Virus record (IMG/VR): IMGVR_UViG_3300025196_000011
Location: 9,030-73,029 of that record
Source: a virus
Lineage: Duplodnaviria; Caudoviricetes
Length of the DNA: 64,000 nucleotides
Reading direction: 5' to 3' (one strand)
Under the pieces are notes generated by a model. That model made no database searches and had not been told where the DNA came from. It saw only the letters and a list, made by a program, of their open reading frames with translations. Made by a program: the position numbers and the translations under genes. The first letter of the stretch is position 1, and every line of letters begins with the position of its first letter. This document shows, piece after piece, positions 1-8,000 of this stretch.

Positions 1-848
1 CCGCCATATTTCAGCTTCTCCAATGAGCGCAAAATAAAGTACGCTTGCAAGGTTTCTTTTTGGTAGCAATCGTCTTTATCGGCATTAGCGCCGCGCGTTT
101 TATTGTCACCAAACGGCACGTTAGTTATGACCATATCAAGGCTGTTGTTTGGCATGGTTTTGGCTTGCACTTCAAACGGCGATATGATGGTATTGCTGCG
201 GCTGCCATCGTTTAATATCTTACCGATACCGCCTGAGATACTATCAAGCTCAATGCTATCAACGACGGCGTTTTCGGGTGACATAGCGGCAAAAATGCCC
301 GTACCGGCCGATGGGTCGAGCACCTTGCCGCCTTTAAAGCCAAACGCTTCGGCCACATCCCATAATTCGGTCGCTACTTCTTTTGGGGTGTAATATTCAT
401 ACGCTGAACCGACGCGCTCGTCATCTGCTTTTAAGCCGCCGCCTGAGCCGGTATAAGTAACCAAGGTTTCAATCTGTTCGGGGGTTAAGTCGTCGCGGGT
501 AAGCTCTTTTAGCTCAATCTCTTTTAACAAAGCAATGGCGGCGTTATTGGCGCGCTGGCGGGCGGCTGGCTTGGCCGGAATAACAATAGTGTTACGGTCT
601 ACCATTTTGGTTGTGGGTAGATAGTCGGTATCAGCCGTCGTTAAGGGCGCTGAATCGGCCGCTGTGGGCGTTGTTTCTTCGTCCGGCTGCCCTTGGGTGT
701 CGCTGCCCTTTAAAAAGCCAAGCTCAATCAATGCGGCGGTTAGCTTTTGCGCGCTCAGCATACTTTCAATGACGGTCGGGGCGTTTTGCATATCCGCAAG
801 CGCTGCCCGTAGCGCTTCCAGCTTCATCATTTTTTCAGCAATATTCAT
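1..848 (-). CDS. darB: DarB-like virion-packaged antirestriction protein, N-terminal N6-adenine methyltransferase domain (partial, runs off left edge; absent from ORF track)
   Basis: Manual translation from ATG 848: MNIAEKMMKLEAL...RQRANNAAIALL...YTGSGGG...GSAYEYYTPKEVA...KVLDPSAGTGIF...ISPFE...DMVITNVPFG...AYFILRSLEKLKYG; motifs I and IV present and the segment matches P1 DarB as recalled. Confidence 0.9.
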   Translation of the reverse strand, partial: MNIAEKMMKLEALRAALADMQNAPTVIESMLSAQKLTAALIELGFLKGSDTQGQPDEETTPTAADSAPLTTADTDYLPTTKMVDRNTIVIPAKPAARQRANNAAIALLKEIELKELTRDDLTPEQIETLVTYTGSGGGLKADDERVGSAYEYYTPKEVATELWDVAEAFGFKGGKVLDPSAGTGIFAAMSPENAVVDSIELDSISGGIGKILNDGSRSNTIISPFEVQAKTMPNNSLDMVITNVPFGDNKTRGANADKDDCYQKETLQAYFILRSLEKLKYG

Positions 849-887
849 ATCGTTTTGTCCGGTGTTGGTTGATAATAGCGTTAGCTA

Positions 888-926
888 ATTATGACAAACA
901 AACAAAACGCGCCCGCGCGGTGTTCC
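888..926 (-). promoter_or_regulatory. Late promoter (darB)
   Basis: GGAACACC 919-926, 25 nt spacer, CATAAT 888-893. Confidence 0.75.
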
Positions 927-941
927 ATCTACGGTGGGCAT

Positions 942-975
942 AAAAAAACCCCATCATTATCGACGGGGTTTTTTT
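942..975. terminator. Intrinsic terminator, probably bidirectional
   Basis: A7-CCCC...GGGG-T7 hairpin after ORF 990-1412. Confidence 0.75.
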
Positions 976-989
976 GGGTTTGGGCGGGG

Positions 990-1412
990 TTACTCTGCTT
1001 CGGTAAAGCCGGCCAACTCTTCAAGCGATAAAACCATGCTAAAGCATTTTCTTCTGTCGGCGTCATTTTCCACATGGTCGGGCACGTTTTGCAAGGCCAA
1101 TAAACCTATGTCGTACCGGTTTTCCTCAGCTTGCATTTTATATTTCACCGTATCAACGACGTATTCACACAAGGCCGGCAATAAATCGGCGTGTTTATTG
1201 ATGATAAAGCTACGCAATAAAGCGGCGGAACGCTCACTCATGGCATCGACGGCATCGGACGCATCGGCCAAAACTTTGGCGGTGCGCTTGGCTTTTTGCA
1301 ATTCTTGGTGTAGGTCATTTTTAACCGCGCTAAGCTCAGCTATCTGCTCATTAAGGGCGGTTATTTTTGAGGTTAAGGCTTCGACGATAATGTCGTTTTT
1401 ATCAGTGCTCAT
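990..1412 (-). CDS. Hypothetical coiled-coil protein (140 aa)
   Basis: ORF with heptad N-terminus, flanked by terminators. Confidence 0.6.
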   Translation of the reverse strand: MSTDKNDIIVEALTSKITALNEQIAELSAVKNDLHQELQKAKRTAKVLADASDAVDAMSERSAALLRSFIINKHADLLPALCEYVVDTVKYKMQAEENRYDIGLLALQNVPDHVENDADRRKCFSMVLSLEELAGFTEAE

Positions 1413-1537
1413 ATTTTTACTCGCTTAGTAAAACGCTGGTTTGGGTTGCCGGAAGCGCGCCAGCGTAGCGCGCCTTTGGGCATTAAGAGCGACTTAATGC
1501 CTACCGACTTGGCAATAATAACAGTTTTCTTTTAAAT

Positions 1538-1569
1538 AAAAAAGGCCATCTTTAAGACGGCCTTTTTTT
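1538..1569. terminator. Intrinsic terminator after endolysin
   Basis: AAAAAAGGCC...GGCCTTTTTTT. Confidence 0.75.
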
Positions 1570-1588
1570 ATGTCGATAGACTGATTTT

Positions 1589-2251
1589 TTAGGACAGAAA
1601 TAGCGCCCGTTCTTTCTCACGGCGATTGGCCAAGCCTTGCGAGAATACCAGCCGGCCGTTTTCTGTAATCTTATTCCATGGCAAAAACGCATCAGCGGCG
1701 GCCTCTTTTTTGCCCGCTTTTAAGTGCTTGGCCACGCTTGAACCGGCAAGGCCACGGACGCCAATGTTATAAGACAATAAAATCAGCGCATCAAACATAT
1801 TTTGCGTCACCTCGCCTTTTTTAATCTGCTCAGCAAACATCAGGTTTACAGCCGGCGCAAAATCCATGTTGATGATATTATTCTTAAGCTCAGCGGCGCG
1901 CTTCTCACTGATTGGCGGGTCATACTTGGTGACAGCCTTACGATTTTCATAGTAAGTATTGCCGTAACCGATTGTCCAAACTTTGGCAATATCAAGATAA
2001 GGCTTGCCGACAAAGCGCTCATACTCTTTTAGCCTCTCGTTGCCATTGCTTGAAAATTTCATGCCCTCGTATGGTTTGGGGTCATGCCAGCCATTGACCA
2101 GCGCCAAGGCTTCTTTTAACTCTTCAATCGGCATCAGCGCAATCATTTGATTTGCGCCGTCCACCATATCTTGCGTTAATCGCTTATTGTCTTGATGGCT
2201 GCGCATCCATTCAAAAAACTGTTTTTCGGTCATTACTTGGGTATCACTCAT
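1589..2251 (-). CDS. Endolysin, GH24 (T4-type) lysozyme with ~60-aa N-terminal extension
   Basis: LKEYERFVGKPYLDIAKVWTIGYGNT (E-x8-D-x5-T), QNMFDALILLSYNIG, GLANRREKERALF. Confidence 0.9.
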   Translation of the reverse strand: MSDTQVMTEKQFFEWMRSHQDNKRLTQDMVDGANQMIALMPIEELKEALALVNGWHDPKPYEGMKFSSNGNERLKEYERFVGKPYLDIAKVWTIGYGNTYYENRKAVTKYDPPISEKRAAELKNNIINMDFAPAVNLMFAEQIKKGEVTQNMFDALILLSYNIGVRGLAGSSVAKHLKAGKKEAAADAFLPWNKITENGRLVFSQGLANRREKERALFLS

Positions 2252-2640
2252 TTTGATTCATCCTTATGGGTTAGTTGAGTTTCAAGGCGATGGATAATGG
2301 CGTGTAATTGCTTTTTTTCTAACTGTAATTGGTTGTTTTTGGCGCGTAAAAAGCGGCTTAGGCGGGTGTAATACCTCAGCTCATAGGCAATTAATAACGA
2401 TATGACTAGCAAAATTACCCGCGCCCACATGGTTTGATACGACGCCACAAAAGACAAGCTGCCCCAATCCGCCCATGTAAGCATGAGCCAAAACATCAGC
2501 GACAAAGCCACGGCGGTTGATACGCCGACGCGCTTGGTGCAAGTTTTGCGGCTAAAAAACAAATAAGCGCATGAAATAAGGCCAATAAATGGCACGGCTA
2601 GATTGATGAAGCGCCAGTCTAATAATGTATAAATACTCAT
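2248..2640 (-). CDS. Membrane protein, putative holin/antiholin (about 3 TM segments plus coiled-coil C-terminus)
   Basis: Hydrophobic segments; overlaps endolysin start. Confidence 0.55.
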   Translation of the reverse strand: MSIYTLLDWRFINLAVPFIGLISCAYLFFSRKTCTKRVGVSTAVALSLMFWLMLTWADWGSLSFVASYQTMWARVILLVISLLIAYELRYYTRLSRFLRAKNNQLQLEKKQLHAIIHRLETQLTHKDESK

Positions 2641-3182
2641 TTGCTATGACCTCCGAAAATCAAGGCCAAAAATAGCTTCCAGCGCTCAATAGCTATCTTT
2701 TTTGCAACTTCAAGGGCTTCGATTATCACGTCTTTAATAATTGTTTTTATGGATTGCCATAACTCAGCGCTGCGTAAAACTTCGCCTATATTGCGAACGA
2801 TAACCGTACCTAGTAACGACATAGACAGCGCCGTTAATAGTAGCAATGGCATTGGTGGGGCGGCGGTTACGGACGGCAAAATAACAAACGCGCCGATAAT
2901 GCCGGTTAAAAAACCTAACACTAGATTGATGGCCAGCCGTGCCGGTGAGGGCGGCGGCGTGGCCATCAGGTCAACAAACAGTGATACCAGCGAACCCATC
3001 ATCGATAAGATGACAGCGGCGGCAAAAAACAGCCATATCGGCAAGTCTAGGTACAAAAACGGGTGGGTTTGGTTTAACTGTTGGGTTAAACCGGTTGCGG
3101 CGCTGGCAACGGCGACAATGTTAGCGCCGTTGCCAGCAAGACTTGTGACAGTCGCTTTTGCCGCCTCAATTCGATGGGGCAT
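2637..3182 (-). CDS. Multi-TM membrane protein, putative holin
   Basis: 3-4 hydrophobic segments; in lysis cluster. Confidence 0.55.
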   Translation of the reverse strand: MPHRIEAAKATVTSLAGNGANIVAVASAATGLTQQLNQTHPFLYLDLPIWLFFAAAVILSMMGSLVSLFVDLMATPPPSPARLAINLVLGFLTGIIGAFVILPSVTAAPPMPLLLLTALSMSLLGTVIVRNIGEVLRSAELWQSIKTIIKDVIIEALEVAKKIAIERWKLFLALIFGGHSK

Positions 3183-3195
3183 TGTGTAGTCTCCT

Positions 3196-3480
3196 TTAAC
3201 GCCGTGATTGGCTAACGCTTATAATGCTATCCAAGCGTTCAAGTAGACTGGTTTTAAACATGCGCTCACTTTCAAGGCGCTTAACCACTGTCTCAAAACT
3301 TGGGGATTGTTGGTACATTCTTATAAACGATAAACCCATTTTAAGCGCTTCTGCCAAGCTCATTTTGCCGTGTTCCACCATGATAAAGGCGTCCTCAAGC
3401 AAGGCATTGTGCAATTGTGCGGGCTGTCCCTTGTAAAGCATCAAGGCATGGAAATCGCGCGGGTTCGCCTGCGCCCTCAC
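3196..3480 (-). CDS. Hypothetical protein
   Basis: ORF in late operon with GGAG RBS. Confidence 0.55.
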   Translation of the reverse strand: MRAQANPRDFHALMLYKGQPAQLHNALLEDAFIMVEHGKMSLAEALKMGLSFIRMYQQSPSFETVVKRLESERMFKTSLLERLDSIISVSQSRR

Positions 3481-4129
3481 CTCCTTGTTTGATTAGGGTT
3501 AAGCCGCGATTTTCGCTGCCTAAAATAACAAAGTGTTCAAGCTGCACAACGCCGCTGCTATAGGCGTCCTCTAAATCGTTGAATTGGTCGGTCGTTAGGC
3601 TATTGATAAGGGTAATTCGGGTGCGGATAACCTCGCTTAGCTCTTCATTGGTCATGGTGGCCGGCAAGGCATCCCATTTAAACGCCTCGTCATCACCGCC
3701 GATATAAAATGCCAAGTTGCCGGACAACTGACACGCCATTTGGCCAGCTACCCATTCGTAGACGTTTTCGCATATCCCCTCTAGGGCGCATACGTGCGCA
3801 CCTAGCAAGTGATTGACATAAGCGTCGCCCACGGTGGCCACGCTGGGCACGTCCGCTTGAATGGTATCGATAAGATAATCGTCGTTGCCGACGTCGTGGC
3901 TGTAGGCATTTTGCATGGCGCTTTGATGGCTCAGCAAAATGTAATAGCGCTCCTGAGCGGTTAGGCGCGCGGCCAAGGTGTTATCGCCGCTTAAGTGGCC
4001 AATCATGGCGCTTAAGCGCTTCTCGTTGAACTCTTGTGATATTTGCGCAATGTCCATGGCATCGCCAATGGTTAAATCGGGCAAGGTTATGCTGTCGTTT
4101 AATAACTGCACTTCTACTGAACTATTCAT
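3395..4129 (-). CDS. Putative baseplate/tail assembly protein (start refined to ATG 4129)
   Basis: Operon position; ITLPDLTIGDAM motif resembles baseplate hub assembly proteins. Confidence 0.45.
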   Translation of the reverse strand: MNSSVEVQLLNDSITLPDLTIGDAMDIAQISQEFNEKRLSAMIGHLSGDNTLAARLTAQERYYILLSHQSAMQNAYSHDVGNDDYLIDTIQADVPSVATVGDAYVNHLLGAHVCALEGICENVYEWVAGQMACQLSGNLAFYIGGDDEAFKWDALPATMTNEELSEVIRTRITLINSLTTDQFNDLEDAYSSGVVQLEHFVILGSENRGLTLIKQGGEGAGEPARFPCLDALQGTARTIAQCLA

Positions 4130-4131
4130 GC

Positions 4132-5004
4132 TTAACGTCTCATATTGGCTATGTTTTGCGCATCCCACGCGGTCAATGACAAAAAGGATATTTGCGCTTT
4201 GACTGCGATACGATGGCCGTCTTTATTCATGGGGGCGGTGATTGGTGCTGATACGCTCTCAATCACCATAGGGCTGTAGGTTTTGCCGCCGTACTGCAAT
4301 TGCACTAAGGGCGGAATAATTGAGGGAAACATGGATTCGGAAAACCCATTTTTAATGCCGCCAACGATTAAGGATTCAGCCGATAACTTGGCGGCCGACG
4401 CCCATTTTTGTAGCTGCTGCAAGGCGTCCTCAACCTCGGTCTTAGCGCTCGCCCATGCTTGAAACACAAGGCTGCCGCTGATACGCACTGAGTTTGACGA
4501 TGTAAAAATTTGCCGGCTATTCAATTTGGTAAAGTTTGACCGGCCTAAAAGTCCTTGCAATTGCCCCTCGGCTTCTTCAAAGATACCGCTTGCACTGATA
4601 CCGGTGGCCTCGCCAACGGCTGCGCCAATATCTCCCAACGTACCAGTAAAGCCGGTTGGGTCATTGACAGCGGCAAAGAAGCTGTAATAAGCGGCCGATA
4701 CTTGGCCGGATTGAATCATACCCATCAGGTTAGGCAAACGCCCCTCGGGGTTAGACGATTCAAACGGGGTGCTATATTGGCTCTCAATAGTAAATTCGGC
4801 GTCCTCAAACAACGATTCAACGACGGGCGCGGCGGGGTCAACGTTATACGTCTGCTTGCCTTGCCCGCCCTCAAAGTTGCCCTCAATCACCGGCCGTATC
4901 TTAACGATAAGGTTTTTGTTTAACCCCATATCGCCCCAATTGCTGCCTAGCTTTTTACTGCTAGGCGCGCGGGCTTTATTTTTGGCCGCTGGTGGCTTTT
5001 TCAT
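4132..5004 (-). CDS. Putative tail-tube initiator/baseplate cap (T4 gp48/gp54-like fold)
   Basis: FTSSNSVRISGSLVF...PPLVQLQYGGKTYSPMVIESVS pattern; TAATG coupling to darA. Confidence 0.5.
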   Translation of the reverse strand: MKKPPAAKNKARAPSSKKLGSNWGDMGLNKNLIVKIRPVIEGNFEGGQGKQTYNVDPAAPVVESLFEDAEFTIESQYSTPFESSNPEGRLPNLMGMIQSGQVSAAYYSFFAAVNDPTGFTGTLGDIGAAVGEATGISASGIFEEAEGQLQGLLGRSNFTKLNSRQIFTSSNSVRISGSLVFQAWASAKTEVEDALQQLQKWASAAKLSAESLIVGGIKNGFSESMFPSIIPPLVQLQYGGKTYSPMVIESVSAPITAPMNKDGHRIAVKAQISFLSLTAWDAQNIANMRR

Positions 5005-8000
5005 TACGCACCGCCGGCAAGTGAGGTCATGGCGGCCATGCTGGCGGCCACTAATTTTTGTTGATAAACGCTGCTAATGGCCATCACGCGCGCGGTTAGC
5101 TCAGCGTCATCAGCGGTGGCGGTGACAAGCTCAATAAAGCCTTTGGTGTCAAAGTCGGCGGGGTTAAAGCCCTCAGCATTGACCGCGCTTTCAAGGTCGG
5201 CAAGCTGCTTGCTTAACTCGCTATTGTCGTCACTTGAATTTGTAGGCGTAGCTGAACGCTCTATATAATTGATAGCCTCTCTTATATCCGTATTAAACTC
5301 CCCTTTACGGTTCGCGGTTATTTCAGCTCTAAATTTTATATCTTCTTGCGATACGTTTAATATTTCAGCCACGCGCTCCTGTATTGCGTAGCTAGCATTT
5401 ATACCCTCATTAAGCGCTTGCTTTACGGCGTCAATAATTAACTGCTCTCTAGCATTAGGCTTGCGGTTTTTATTCCACGCATCGTTATCATAAGAATCTG
5501 CTCGTTTGTAGGCGCTGCCATTCTCAGCCTTGGCGGCATCAGCTTTTGCCTTAATAACCTTATCCACGCCCGCAAATTCAGGGTAACTTTGTAAAAGGTC
5601 GTTTATATCGCTAAACTTAAACCCTCTATCGAGGTCGCCATCAAAATTAGGGTCAATAACCCAATATTGGCCGTATTCATCGTAACTCATAGTCCAATGG
5701 TCTTTTTTACTGGCGTCTTTGTAAGCGCGGTATCTATCGTTGTCCAGCTCTGTAAATAGCGGCCAATCTTCTTCGCTAACGCCCACAAGTTTATGGATAT
5801 TTTTTATGCTTTGGAACGCGGGGTATGCTGCGATAAGCTCTTCATCCCACTTGTAAGTTTTACTCTTATTCTCTTCGGTCACGCCGCCCTCAAAGTTGGC
5901 CGTCACAGCAAAAGGATTTTTGCTAACGCCGTTAATCCTTGATGCTGTCCAGTATTCTTTTTTACTGGCGTCTTTGTAAGCGCGATAACGCCCCTCGCCT
6001 AAGTATTCAACTGGTGGATAGGTTTTTGGCTCATTGCTGCTGTTAGTCTGCACGGTATTTTTCATGTTTTCAGCTTCCTTTTTATCGATTTCGGCTTGTA
6101 GGGCGGCGGCATCAGCGGCCTTTTTATCGCTTTGGGCTTGAAAGGCTTTATCGATGGCGTCGATATAGGGTTGTGTGTTTTCGGTGTATCGGTGTTTGAT
6201 GGTGGCCACAACGTCCTCACCGCTTGCGCCTTGCAATATCTCACAAGTGCCGTCAATGTCGATTTTGGCGCGTACTGTGGCGTCAAACTTAACGATTTGC
6301 ACGGTCACGCCGTAAGTCGGTTTTGACTGACTGGTTAGGCTGTCAAATAGTGAATCTTGGTAAACGGTGGCGTTAAAGTCGGACACGGCCACATCCGCAT
6401 ACAAGCTTATAGCAGCGTCCACGACGTTACAAACGGCATCGGTATAATTTAGGGTTTTGTCTTTGAAGATACCGGCTTCGACATACAAATTGTCGCTGTC
6501 ATCGTCATGTCTGTATTGAATGTCGTCATCAGTAATGCCTAACGTCTGCAATTTGTCGGCGTGGCGCTCTAAAAACATCGACGGGAAACGGCTTGAATCG
6601 ATTGATTCATAGTCGTCTTGCTCAGCCTGAGCGATAAGCGCCTTAATGCCTTTAAACGCGGGATAAGCGGCCAATAGCTGGTCTACGTTGTCAAAATACT
6701 TAGGATTCCATGAATTAAACGCGCGTGATTGTGCGTTGTCTGCCACTACCGCCCAGTCGCCGCCGCTCACTTGGTAGGCCGTCCACTTATCAACCTTTTT
6801 GTTATTCATGTAGGCGATATATTCGCGCTCTTCTTCGTCATACTCTACCGGTGGGTAGGTTTTGCCGCCGTCATCGCGTAAAAAGTCTTGGCCGGATTGG
6901 TGCTTCATTGAAGCATTGCGGGATTTGATGGCCTTTAATTTCTCGGTCACTTGGCCAACGTCGGCAAGGCCAAGGCTAGAACCGTCGGAACTCTTAATAT
7001 CATAGACGCCCTCTTGCAAAAAGACTTCGGCCAAAACGCGGCCTTTGTTATTCACGTAAGTTGAGATTAGTTTGGTGTCCTCAAACTCACGCGCGGCGTC
7101 AATCTCGGGTTGCGTCAATCGGCGGGCGTCACCACGGCTTACGATGGCGTCCATTTCAGCGACGGTTAGATTTACGCTATTAGAACCGCTTAGGGTCGCT
7201 AGGCGTAGCTTGGCCGCATCTTCACCGCGTCGTAAAAATAGCCATTCGGTAAACTCCATGATAATCGTATCATCGGGTTCTACCGCGCTGTTGCCGAAAA
7301 CGTCCTTGCGCTTCATTTCGTACACATCGCCTACGGTATAGTCGTCTGAGGTGAAGCCCTCGGGGTCGCTATAATCAATCGTATAGCCCAGCGTTTCTAA
7401 TTGGCGGGCAGCGGCTTGGATATTATCGGGAATATTGGCGGTCATCACGGTTTTCACGCCCGCTTCATACAAGTGCTTATTGGTAAAGCGCGTTTGTGCG
7501 GACTTGCTCGACGCCTTAATGAATGACCAATGCACTATGTCGCCAGCATCGTTCAAGGTATACATCAATACTTTGTCGGTTTGGCCTTTGAATACATCGT
7601 TTTTAAGCACATCTAGGGCGTCACGGATAGCCACGGTTTTTGACGGGATTGTATCGTCTACTGTATCGTCTACTGGTTCGGGCGCGGTTTGATTTGCCGC
7701 CTCCTTTTTAGCCTCATGGTGTTTCTTTGCTATATCTTTCCAATAGGCGAAAAGCTGCTGCGATTGACTTGGTTTATCTCCGTAAGGTGTGCGCTCATAA
7801 GCGGCATTTATTTGATTACCAAGGTCTTGTATTTCGTCGGCATCTTTTTTATAAGACTTATTGTGATATACGTGGCCGGCGCGTTTTAACACTTCCTGCT
7901 TTTCATCTTCAAGCGCTTTTTCATCCTTTTGTCTAAGGGCAATCAAGTCGTCTGTTGACCAGTCTTTAACGTCCTCATAATTAGCGCTTGGCGTCCAATC

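Noticed and set aside
1-848. Stand-alone restriction-modification methyltransferase
   Set aside because: Sequence and context (late promoter, DarA and Hdf present) match DarB; no REase or specificity gene seen
1440-1512. tRNA gene
   Set aside because: Two hairpins but no T-loop (TTCRA) or D-loop consensus and no proper 7-bp acceptor stem
3525-3540. Thirteenth late-promoter site (AAGTGTTC)
   Set aside because: Mismatched core, inside a CDS, and no -10 at the 25-26 nt spacing
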